This document shows positions 13,301-23,740 of a stretch of DNA of 64,000 bases, piece by piece (position 1 is the stretch's first letter; each line of letters starts with the position of its first letter). Source of the DNA: Amoebophrya sp. A120 (lineage: Eukaryota > Protista > Dinoflagellata); assembly GCA_905178155.1 (NCBI GenBank), contig CAJINV010000005.1, forward strand, positions 8,182,515-8,246,514. Reading direction: 5' to 3'. The notes under the pieces are model-generated. The model saw only the letters and a list, made by a program, of their open reading frames with translations, searched no databases and was not told the origin of the DNA. The translations under genes and the position numbers were made by a program.

Positions 13301-14380
13301 AGTGGATGTGGAATTTTGAATTTGATGCCCGTGTTTCATCTCTCTAGGAAGTAGCACGCATGTTGCCAGATACAGATTTACTTCTCTGGTGTCACGTAGA
13401 ATGAGAAACTTGTCATGCCAGAACTCCTACTTCATAAGCAGCACGGTGGAAGACCTGAAAATTCGTCATGCGCGCTTCCCAAGGGAAAACACGCTTGGAA
13501 ATGCAATGTCTTGCAGGTGTAGCAAGACAGATAGTTCTTTGTTCCATTTTCTGCATCACAAGTTCACAGTGAAGCAGTTTTTTCCTCGCGATACCAGCGG
13601 CTTGTTGCGGAAGAAAAGAAGAAGGAGGAGGTCGAGAAGGAGCAGAAATTTCTGTTGCAGGTTATGCATTGCAAATATCGAGCTGGGTCGTCTGGAAGGA
13701 CGCAAGGTGTGTCATACTTGTCTGGCATGACTGAAGAGTTTGTGATGCGTGTCCAAGCAGAGTAGACCCTTTGGCCACTTGTCGTGCAAAAACGCAACTT
13801 GTCATGTGGAAAACGCAACACGAAGCCGCGCAACTATTTTTCATCTTCATGCTTGGCTGTGCATAATACAGAGCATTCACGATTCACAGCTCAGCATTAC
13901 AAGTTATTCCAGATGAACCAGACGTATTTGCAATGCATACAGGTCGAGAAGTGGCGCTCCGGACAGGAATTGGACATGGCGAAGGGGATTTTGTTATCCT
14001 GTGTAAAAACGTCCCCATCCCGTAGTTGTCATGCAAATCTGCATGCTTACAATGTCTCGCATGCGGAGCTCCATGAGACGTACTTATTTTCTAGTTTTGT
14101 TTTGAAATTTGTGATGCTCGAATCAGCATGAGGTGCTAGATTTGTGATGCTGCTGCACTAGCTGAACAGGATTAATACCCTGCGAACTGAAACTTGTCAT
14201 GCGCAACAGCCAAAGCTTAGTAATTTGCGTTGCAGATTTCCCAACTTGACTCTGTGGTGGGGACGTTTTTACATATGACATTCTTTTCTCCAGGCGGAAG
14301 GCCGCGCGTATATTGCCAAAATGGCGGCGCTCAATGCGGGGAAGAAGGGAAAGAAAGGGAAAAAGGGAAAGAAAAAGTAA
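10345..14380 (+). CDS. DRC9: Dynein regulatory complex subunit 9 / IQCG-like coiled-coil protein; 6 introners + 4 GT-AG introns (10498-10607, 10929-11603, 12334-12538, 12673-12822)
   Basis: Spliced protein MYKLNPVESLRAQILVENALKKLSFL...ELTQFMGDEISRIIEEQRGLEKQYESLIHKRGTLKGL...LCRNLKENPNAQGNLLK; IQ-like LQAEGRAYIAK; terminal KKGKKGKKGKKK*. Recognised from family memory. Confidence 0.8.
11106..11558. repeat. 15-bp minisatellite (TTTTGGCTATCCAAA), about 30 units, inside DRC9 intron 2
   Basis: Directly visible tandem array. Confidence 0.95.
11669..11930. mobile_element. Introner family A
   Basis: TIR; TSD GAGCA. Confidence 0.9.
11997..12208. mobile_element. Introner family H
   Basis: TIR; TSD AGATC. 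Confidence 0.9.
12374..12510. repeat. About 69-bp tandem duplication inside a DRC9 GT-AG intron
   Basis: TTTCAACATCTTCCGTTGGCATTGTGATGGTTCTACTT...GCATGACAAGAAAT occurs twice. Confidence 0.9.
12896..13159. mobile_element. Introner family A
   Basis: TIR; TSD GAACG. Confidence 0.9.
13187..13593. mobile_element. Long singleton introner (407 bp)
   Basis: TIR GGAAAAAACTG/CAGTTTTTTCC; TSD GGAGC/CCAGC. Confidence 0.8.
13663..13939. mobile_element. Introner family A
   Basis: TIR; TSD CAGGT (also gives GT-AG ends). Confidence 0.9.
13995..14280. mobile_element. Introner family B (degenerate right end)
   Basis: TIR; TSD TTTGT/TTCTT. Confidence 0.8.
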
Positions 14381-15452
14381 GTGATGTACTACTTCTAGGG
14401 GGCTTTGTTAGTAGTAGTCTTTTGGTGAAGATTTCTATGGTACTCGTCGGTATTAATAAGCTACTGTTTCATCTAGAAGTGGAACAAAAATTCTGCTCGT
14501 TAGTACTTGTTTAAAACTTGTTCAAGGCATGGTGCTTCCGAGCACTATACTACACCATTTTATTTCGTTTTAATGACAACTGCATCATGTCGAGCTGTTA
14601 ATTGTACAGCTTTCGTCGTGGTCGATATTTTGTTTCGAAATCGGTTTGTTTTTTCACTGGAAAATAGAAAAAACCAGAATCATTTTCGTACACTAAGCGT
14701 CTTGGGGAATTGGCTGGAGATTCGACAAAAATTTGAGTTTTTGTTAAAACCAAAACAACAGCAAGAGAAATAAGTACAACACAAGCGAGTTTTATTGGCC
14801 AGACGTAGGCTGATGTATCGGGCGCCAAAGTTCACGGAAATGTGGTAGGCGCGTGCAAGATGAGAATGGAGAGGTTGCCGGTGCAGTGTTTACTGTAAGG
14901 CTCGCTGAAAATGTTTTCTATTAATTTCTTGTCAGCTTTATTGTTGCACCATCGTCATTTAAAAACTTTCCTTTGTCGTTTTTTTCATCACAATCGATTT
15001 TTTCATGGTCGGTCGTGGTTCTGGTTTTTTTTAAATACTTTTTTCTCGGCGCGGCACCCACAGGTCCGGTCTAGTCGTCTGTCATCGAAAGATCTTTATG
15101 TCGTTGTCGTCTGTGGTTGCACCTTCCGCAAAGAAATAAATCTTCTGCAGGCTACGGGGTGTAGTTTTTGTGAAGTAGGTGTAATCTTCTTCTTTATCCC
15201 AGCTTTACTAGACCGTTCCTGTTTATTTGTACGTTTTCATAAATTTTGGCAGCAATTTTTTCGTTTTGGCCTGTTAGTGTGTAATCAAAAATTTTTTGTC
15301 TGCAATTTTGACGGCGCGGTGAAGTGAGCCTTGTCTGTGTAAAATCGCCTACAATTTTTCCAGGATTTTGAGTAGAGCTTTCATGTTCTTAGCCAACAAG
15401 TGTTGATGTGAAAGAACGGAGTAGTTGTACTAGCTTGAAAAGAAAAATAAAA

Positions 15453-15904
15453 ATGAACGACTACATGCGCCACCGTGCGGGTCAGCTGCACCCCAATCCG
15501 CACGTGCACGCCATGTGGTGGAGTAAACAGCTGTCGAAGCACAGATTGAAAACCAAGACCCTGGCTTCTATGCATGGCAAATTTGTCTGGGTCTGGAAGA
15601 TTGCCAGGTTTGTCATGGACATTTTGCATGACCAATGACACCTGTAATGCGTGCCCTAGCATCACAGACTCTTAGAGGGCTTCGCGATGCTTATTCCGCA
15701 TGAGAAATGCCCTCCCCGCGTAGCACAGACTGGACGCCTCTTGCTAGTCATGCAATGCAGATTTTTTTGGAATTCAAAGACAGCATCTTCACAAATTACC
15801 ACCTTCCAGACATCCAGGGATATTTGCATTTGATAGCTTCCCCGGTGAAACAAATGATGACCTCTGGTACGCCGATATGCGCGCGCAGGCCGAGCACGGC
15901 ATGA
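15453..15904 (+). pseudogene. Truncated 5' duplicate (about 60 aa after introner removal) of the gene starting at 16523
   Basis: Same MNDYMRHRAGQLHPNPHVHAMWWSK start; stops at TGA 15902-15904 at the duplication junction. Confidence 0.65.
15569..15835. mobile_element. Introner family A
   Basis: TSD GCTTC; empty site in the paralogous copy at 16865-16869. Confidence 0.95.
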
Positions 15905-16522
15905 CGTGTCGGCGCCAAAGTTCACGGAAATGTGGTAGGCGCGTGCAAGATGAGAATGCAGAGGCCGGTTCAGTGTTTAATACTGTAAGCCTCGCTGAAA
16001 ATGCTTTCTATTTCTTGTCAGTTTCTTTGTTGCACCATCGTCGTCTCAAAACTCTCCTTTGTCGTTTTTTTCATCGCAATCGATTTTGTCATGGTCGGTC
16101 GTGGTTTTTTTTGATGTTTTTTTCTCTGCGCGGCACCCACAGGTCCGGTCTTTTCGTCTTTCATCGCAAGATCTTCATATCGGCGTCGTCTGTGGTTGCA
16201 CCTTCCGCAAAGAAAATCTTCTGCAGGCTACGGGGTGTAGTTTTTGTGAAGTAGGTGTAATGTTCTTAATATCCCAGTTTTACTAGACCGGTCCTGTTTT
16301 GTACGTTTTCATCAAGTTATTTTGGCAGCAATTTATTTTTCGTTTTGCTTTTGGCCTGTTAGTGTGTAATCAAAAATTTGTGTGCAATTTTGACCGCCCG
16401 GCATTGAGCCTTGTGTGTAAAACTAAAATCGCCTATAATTCCAGCTTTTATGTTGTTAGCCAACAAGTGTTGTTGATGTGAAACGGAGTAGTTGATTGTA
16501 CTAGTTTGAAAAAAAGAAAAAA

Positions 16523-18717
16523 ATGAACGACTACATGCGCCACCGTGCGGGGCAGCTGCACCCCAACCCGCATGTGCACGCCATATGAAATGCAAACATG
16601 TCTGGGTCTGGAAGCATGGAACTTGTAATGCTAGTCCTGCATTTCTTAAAAATCTGTGTTGCATGACTAGCAAAAAGACGCCCTTTTTTGTCATACAAAA
16701 GCGCAGTGTCTGCGGCAAACTTGTCATGCTTGGCTGCATTGGGAAGTATTTCAGTTATCCACACTTCAGCATCACAAGTTTCCAGACACAGACATATTTG
16801 CAATGCATACGCCATGTGGTGGAGTAAACAGCTGTCGAAGCACAGATTGAAAACCAAGACCCTGGCTTCCCCGGTGAAACAAATGATGACCTCCGGCACA
16901 CCGATATGCGCGCGCAGGCCGAGCACGATTTTGCAAACGGGGATCGATACGTCGCACCGTGCGACCATTGCAAATACGCTTTTGCAGGATGGTGAAGACT
17001 TTGCGGACTTCGATACCGAGATGAACGGGGGTATCCACCATGCAGGAAAGAATTCTTCAAGGAGAACGGTGAGTACAGATGGGGTCAGGAAAACGATTAG
17101 ACCGAGCAGTATTTGTTCTTTTTTGAGATGAAGGTTTGTTGACTTTGCTTGTTGTATTCACATTCGATTTTATTCGAGCAGGCTATTGCGAGCCGGATTT
17201 TTTTGTCATGCAAAAACCACGACTGAATGTACCAGGTGCCTCTGCCGCGGTGAATAAAGCGCCCTCCGCACGGGGACCGCGACCAACGAGCTCTTCCGCC
17301 CGCGCAACGGTACATCCGGCGGCAAGATCCGAAATGGAAAACCGGTCGAATTCATCTGCTTCGGCAAGGAGAACACGCGCCGTGGTGGGGGGAACACAGC
17401 AACAGCAGCAGCAACGGCAGGGTGGATCGTCAAAGACAATCGCGTTCGCAGAAGGTAATATACAGAGGTTTTTTCGATTCTGCTCAACATGCATGGTATT
17501 CACACTACTTTGACTTGATTGCAATCGCTGATCATCTAGATCTACATTTTCAACAACTCCGCGTCTGCATGCGAAATGTCGAAAAATGATCTATCAGATA
17601 CCATGAAAGACCTACCCCTACCGGTCGATCGACGGGCAACGGAAGATAACTACGAGGGACCAGATATGGAAGTGGCAGAATCGAAATTGACAAAACCGAA
17701 ATAAAATTTGTGATGCATAAAATGGATTCCAGTTCGAAGCCAGTTTCTAAGTGGCGCATCACAAATTCTGCTGGTGCCTAAATCCAGTTTGCAATGCTGT
17801 TTAGGCAAAGAAGAGGAAGACTGATTCTCTCATGGTGCTTTAGCAGCTCGAGCTATAACCCCAAACAGGCTACTTACAATCGGCCTCACTTGCCTGCTCT
17901 GCAACACATGTATTTCGCGTCATGCATTTTATGCATCACAAATGTTTCGACTTTGTCAATTTCGATCCTGACAGGTCCATACCAGAAGCATCATCTTCTT
18001 CCTTTGCGACAAGAGCAGCTTCAACCAAACCAGGTAACAACGTGTTCGCAAAAGTAGAGGAGGAGAATAAACCGTCGTCATCAACAGAGTCGTCCTCTAC
18101 TGTCGACGCCCGGCTACGTATGACAGTGCACAACTTCCCCTCCCCCTCATTTGCATTGCATGAACAGCAATACAAACACCAGCACACGCGGAGCTTGCGC
18201 ATGACAAATTCATGCGCCTAGTGTAGGACTGTTTGGGCTTCCGGAATCTGTCATGCATAACAGTGATACAAGGAAACTGCAACTGGAATTGGGTATTTGC
18301 ATGAGAAATGAGAACGAGGGGGAGTTGTGCACTCTCATACTACGGAAGGTCGAGGAAGTTTTTCTGCAGTGCCTGGAGGAAATCGATGCGGTTGAGAAGG
18401 ACGTTTTTGAAAAAGAAATGATATGCATTGCAACATCATCGTACTCGTAGTACTTGCAAGCCTGCATGACAAATGTTCTTCTTAATCTCAAGCAGCATCA
18501 CAAATTTAAGTTTTCATGCTGAGTAAAGTTGTAATGCAAGGAAGTACTACGAGTGCGATGCTTCTGCAATGCATAAATGAACGATCAGGACAACAGTAGT
18601 TCCAGTACGAGGTTGCTCCGCAGATTTGCGATGATGAAGATGACGGTGGGGACTTGTGCGAGGGAAACGGATTTTCTCCGGGAGGAGATTTCACATTTAT
18701 TGCAGAGGAAAAAGTAG
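16523..18717 (+). CDS. Hypothetical protein; 4 introners, a GT-AG intron 17455-17597, and an intron ending at 17235 with uncertain donor
   Basis: Frame restored across the introners; ends ...EISHLLQRKK* at TAG 18715-18717; one junction unresolved. Confidence 0.6.
16584..16809. mobile_element. Introner family A
   Basis: TSD CGCCA; empty site in the paralogous copy at 15509-15513. Confidence 0.95.
17665..17981. mobile_element. Introner family G
   Basis: TIR; TSD CCAGA. Confidence 0.9.
18119..18339. mobile_element. Introner family D
   Basis: TIR; TSD CTACG. Confidence 0.9.
18422..18575. mobile_element. Introner family E
   Basis: TIR; TSD AATGA. Confidence 0.9.
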
Positions 18718-19983
18718 GATGATGATCTTCTTCACGCTTCGATAGTATCGTTACAGGATACCCTCCTGAGTCACTGCATATGTTGATTTGCCTTGAATGA
18801 ATTTTCTTTGTTGACTAGAAGTAGACATCAAATAGAAATAAACTGCACAGCTAACCGCAATTGCATCAAGTACGAGTCCAGCATAATTCTGAGTAAACAA
18901 ATAGCGATCCCATAAGTTTCTTAGCACCTCCACGATACGGTATCTTTCTTTTGCATCACACATAGTACCAGCTAAATTTTTGTCACAAGTGTATTGAACA
19001 TGTAGTCTGAGTTTTGTTTCGCGTATGCTATGATGCGGAAGACGAGCAGAAAGGACATAGAACAGCAGCTGTAGATTAAGAAAACGGCACAGAACAAATA
19101 ACGAAAGAAAAAATGACTGTCGCTGAAGATCTTCACCGTCATGAGAAATTGTAAAAATTTTCGTAGCTACAAAATATCCGATCCGATGCTGCCTCTGCGT
19201 ATCAAGCCGTGTGTGTTCCTTGTTGGGCCTGTTGTTCAACAAGGATGCAAAAATTGTTGCAAGGCCAGGCAAGGAGGCTCTATGTTCCCCCAAAGTGGCG
19301 ACTCTCAACGCTGCAGCGCTTAGTAGCCTCCTTCTTCGGGGATGTCAGTCACACTACTGCACAACACCTGCGCTGTAAAGACGCAGAGAAACTTTGAAAT
19401 TTTTTCTGGTCTCTACTTTCACTCACGAGACCGCAAACCACTGCGCAGGGAAGATTTTTCGGGCTCACACTAGCATCCGTAATTTTTCTTGGCGCACTGA
19501 AAGGATCTGAATTGTCTGAAATTCAGGACCGCAAATGTCTTTTTCGCGACAGATGTGCTACAGCAGGCTGCTACTTACCCCAGATCATTGCTTTCTGTTC
19601 TAAACGCCAGGCTTGAGTACTTAAATGTCCGCGGAATATAATTTTGGCGCATTTTGCGTTCGCAACGTGGCAACGATATCAACCCAAATAGAACCTCCAA
19701 AAACAGGGCCGGTTTCAAAACGACGAAAGACAGAAAATTTTTCTCCTTCCGTAAGACTCCAAAAGAACGGATTTTGGGTACAGGAACCACGACCTGGCTC
19801 ACAAACTAGTGGCTCCATCGAACAAAAATAGGGAATCAAATCTTACACCCCCCGTGGAAGCTTCTGAATATTGTACAGTTCCCATTTTGTGCTGTTCCCT
19901 GATAAAAACCACCCTGGGCTGTTTCTTTTCTTTTTCCTGACGACACACATTTATCCTTTCCTTTCCCACCAGCTCGCGACAAA

Positions 19984-22851
19984 ATGTCAAATCTTTTTGG
20001 CTCATCCCCCGGTGGCGACCACAAGGGGAAAAGAGACCACGGCGGTAAGGCCAAAGATGGGTTGAAAACAAGCCGTATCAAATGTAAAAATGTCTGGGTC
20101 TGGAAGATTCTGAGATTTGTCATGCATGTTTTGCATGACCCAGGATGTCTGTAATGCACGACCGCGCATCACAGATTTTGTGCGGGCTTCCTGATGCCTA
20201 CTCCGCATGACAAATGCCCTCCCCGCGTAGCACAAATTAGACTCCTCTTGCTGGTCATGCAATACAGATTTTTCTAGAGTCCAAAGTTAGCATCACAAGT
20301 TCCAATCTTCCAGACCCAGACATTTTTACATTTGATAAGCCGGGGGACCAAGCCGAGCTCCGGTGCCGCCGCCGGCACGACCGGGAGAAGTGGAGCTGTG
20401 GGGGTATAGAATTCGATCTCTTTTTAATATGCTGTTTGGGATTTTTTGACCGTTTTCTTGACCTTTGTCGGGGGTTTGTGCAATCACATGCTGTCGTTTT
20501 CGCAATACAAATCACAAAATCCTTCTTTTCAGGCAAAGGGCCGGGGAAAGGACGCGGGGGTTAGAAAGGAAAATGACAAGAAGAAGCAGGAAAATAAGGT
20601 GGATATGACCTGCTGGGAATACAAGAAATCAGGTATAGGGAAGAGATTTTTGTCATGTGTATTTCCCATCATGGTACCAACGAGATAGAAGAAATATGTG
20701 ATGCAGTGGATTCAAGCCAGCATCAAGCATCTTTCTACTTGTACGCACAAACCAATACAACTGGCTTCACTTTATACACTCACAGGTGTCTGCCCCCGTG
20801 GGGGTCCGCCCAAGTGCAAATGGGACCACAACGTGCCTTTGGATTTGAGTCTTTCCCCCCGCAATACCTCCAGCAACGACAGTAACGGGATGAATAAAAA
20901 CGAGGTGGGAGGTGGTGCTGCTCCCCCCGCAAAAAGACAGTATCCCGTGTAAAAACGTCCCCACCCCAGAGTCAAGATGGGGATTTTGCAACACAAACCT
21001 AAAACTTTTGGGGGTCACGCATGACAAGTTGCGGGCTGTACTGTAGTGCAGCTTAGCAAGGGAATTCGCATAGCAAATCCGTCTCGTTATCCTGTTTACA
21101 GCATTACAAGTTTCAAAACACGATGGGGGGTGCCTCTCATGGGGATGCGCATTACAAATGCTCTTGTGCTTGCAAATCTGCATGACAACTCTGGGGTGGG
21201 GACGTTTTTGCGTAGGATAGACAGAAGGCCGACGTGATTCGCCCCCCACCGGCCGTGATGAGGTATGGATTGCAAAAATGTCTGGGTCTGGAAGAATGCA
21301 ACTTGTCATGCTGTCTTTGGATTCCAAAAAAGTCTGTATTGCGTGACCAACAACAGGAATCCAGTTTGTGTTACGCGGAGAAGGCATTTCTCATGCGGTA
21401 GACGTATCGCAAATCCCTCTAGAAGAAATATCCGATGCTATGGCATGCATCACAGACATCATGGCTCATGGAAGATGTGCATCACAAATCCCGGAATCTT
21501 CCAGACCCAGACCTATTTGCATTTGATATGAGGTCAGGGGAGAGGACAATCCGAGCGCCACCGGGAAAGAACAAGGCGGGTGGTGCCGGAGGCGGTGCTA
21601 ACACCCCGAACGGGCCAGCACTAGTGCCCTTGAACGTGAACAAAAATCTCCCCCCGGGGTTTCCCCCATCAAGTGGAATGACGACGACAACAAACAGTGG
21701 AAAAAATAATAGCAATGAAAAAGGAAAAGGAAAGAAAATCAAGCCAGTAGGGAACAACGCAAACAACCCCTTCGCGAACAGTACAGCCGATCATGACCTT
21801 TTTGGTTCTACCACTGTGAGAAAAGATAACGACAAACAAAAAACAACTTCCACAGGAGGCGGTAGAACACTCGCTCAGGTGAACAGTGTTAATGCAGGCA
21901 AAGGTGCGGCGGGGAAAACACTAGCGCAGATCAATGCGAGTGCTGTGGCCCCCGCTGCTGGTCGTGTGACAACAAAGGGAGCGCCTTCTCTTGATGGGAA
22001 GAACACTACTTCGAAAGGTGCCCCCCCAAAGACTCTCGCACAAATCAACGCCGACGCAGCCGCTGCCACAGCAGTGCCACCAGCTCCACTTGGCGGTGCA
22101 ACTACTTCTAAGGGAGGTCACAAAACTCTGGCACAGATCAATGCTGCTGCGGTTACTGGGGCGCCGGTCAACAGCTCCGGGACGGTAGGCGTCTCCAAGG
22201 GAAATAGTAATTCCAAGGGCGGTCCAGGTCCATCTTATGATCTGTTGTCCAATTTCAAAGGTAAATTCAACTCCGTACAGCAGTTCGCACCCCCAGTTGC
22301 TCCTGCAATGACGTACCAACCGCCAATACAGCACAAGGGTTTGCAGCAACTTACGCCGAATCTGGTGCATGGTGCAACAACTTCTACGGTCATGGGTGAG
22401 CAGTTTCAACATAAGGGCGCAGGTGTAAACTTTGGCAAGGGAAGTAAAGGACAAGACTTGCTGAACTCCTTCAAGGGGAAGTTCGGGAAATCAAATTCCG
22501 ACGGCAAAGGAGCTGGAAAACAACAGGACGGCAAGCTTGGAGCTGGATCCAAGTGGGGTTACGGGCGGACGTGGGAGAAAAGACCATTACTCGGCCCAGA
22601 CGGCGAGCCGGCGGACGATCCGACGTGCTGGGATTTTGTGCGCGGCGGATGCAGACGAGGTATTGATTTAATATTCCTCTTCTTGCATGGTTCGTCACAA
22701 GAAATAGAACAGAAACTATGTGGGAAAATTATTTTTGTCTATGTTTTTCTCGCTGCAAGGAAGGTTGTCACAAGTTCTGATTATCTCTTGTTCAAAAATT
22801 ACAACAGGCGACAAGTGCAAATGGCTGCACGAGGTGCCGGCGGATTGCTGA
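19984..22851 (+). CDS. CCCH zinc-finger protein (two fingers flanking a G/K/T-rich low-complexity region); 3 introners + GT-AG introns 20404-20532, about 20633-20785, 22660-22807
   Basis: Spliced motifs TCWEYKKSGVCPRGGPPKCKWDH and TCWDFVRGGCRRGDKCKWLH; TGA 22849-22851. Confidence 0.8.
20076..20337. mobile_element. Introner family A
   Basis: Perfect long TIR; TSD AGCCG. Confidence 0.95.
20941..21219. mobile_element. Introner family B
   Basis: TIR; TSD GACAG. Confidence 0.9.
21264..21528. mobile_element. Introner family A
   Basis: TIR; TSD TGAGG. Confidence 0.9.
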
Positions 22852-23740
22852 GAAGCTTCGCTACAGCAGCGCGCTTTTTCGGTACGGCCACGACGGGAAA
22901 AGTGCTAACGTCACCAAACATTTTCACGGATTTCCCACTAGAGGCATATTTCGCTTTTCATTCTGAGAATACACCGAATTGTGATATCGATTCAAAAAGT
23001 AGATTTTTCCATACCGACGACAAGTTGTACTAAAACTCATTTTTATAATTTTCACCTCGATCTTCGCAAGAGAACAATTATCGAAGAAACAGCAACTCTG
23101 TAATATGAGGAGCCAGTACCTTAGTATCGTTTTCCTGTTCACCGTTATTTTCAACTACAGGTCGCTTCTCCGTCAGGAGCTCCTTCTACTTCGGACTTCG
23201 CAGAATTCTTTTTCGTCTCTGTTTTGTCTGTAGCACCGAGAGTAGAAATGAGCGCAATACAACTCCCCAAATGGACGCAAACTGGCCAGCCGTAGTTTTG
23301 AGTGCTACGTACTAGAGGGACTACAACCTTGAGAGGTAAGAACCACGAGTGGAGCGGCTTGATGATAGCGCAGTTGCAATTTGGTAGTTTTTCATCTATT
23401 TTGTCGTGCGACTTCCATGTTGCTTTGGTCGTGAATCTCTTCCGACCTCCTGGTTGCAGATGTTTTTGTACTGCTCTAGTGTAGTTTGGTTTACAACAGC
23501 AAATGTGCGAAGATCTCGATAAGAAATAGCACTTGTAGGGTCTGGCGCGTAAGAACAAAATGGTAGATAGTGAAGAAGTATCACGCGGCTCTAATCACCC
23601 AGTATCTTGAGTAGAGATTTCTGGGGTGAGAAGAGAACTAGAAGTTCTAAGCGGAAGATTTTGTCACCATCGTTTCTTTGTCATTTCTAGCCGCCTCGCC
23701 AACGCCATCCTAAATTCCAATTCGGAACTGTACAGACAAA

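Larger units (their letters stand above)
14811..16928 (+). repeat. Diverged tandem segmental duplication (about 14811-15901 and 15902-16928) covering the upstream region and first exon of the downstream gene
   Basis: GGCGCCAAAGTTCACGGAAATGTGGTAGGCGCGTGCAAGATGAGAATG at 14821 and 15911; ATGAACGACTACATGCGCCACCG at 15453 and 16523. Confidence 0.9.

Noticed and set aside
17236-17454. In-frame TGA read-through (stop codon reassignment) if donor 17069 is used
   Set aside because: Another frame is open and joins the next exon via intron 17455-17597; all other genes use standard stops; a different donor is more likely
18751-19308. 185-aa minus-strand ORF
   Set aside because: No recognisable motifs, AT-rich composition unlike the real exons, no introners
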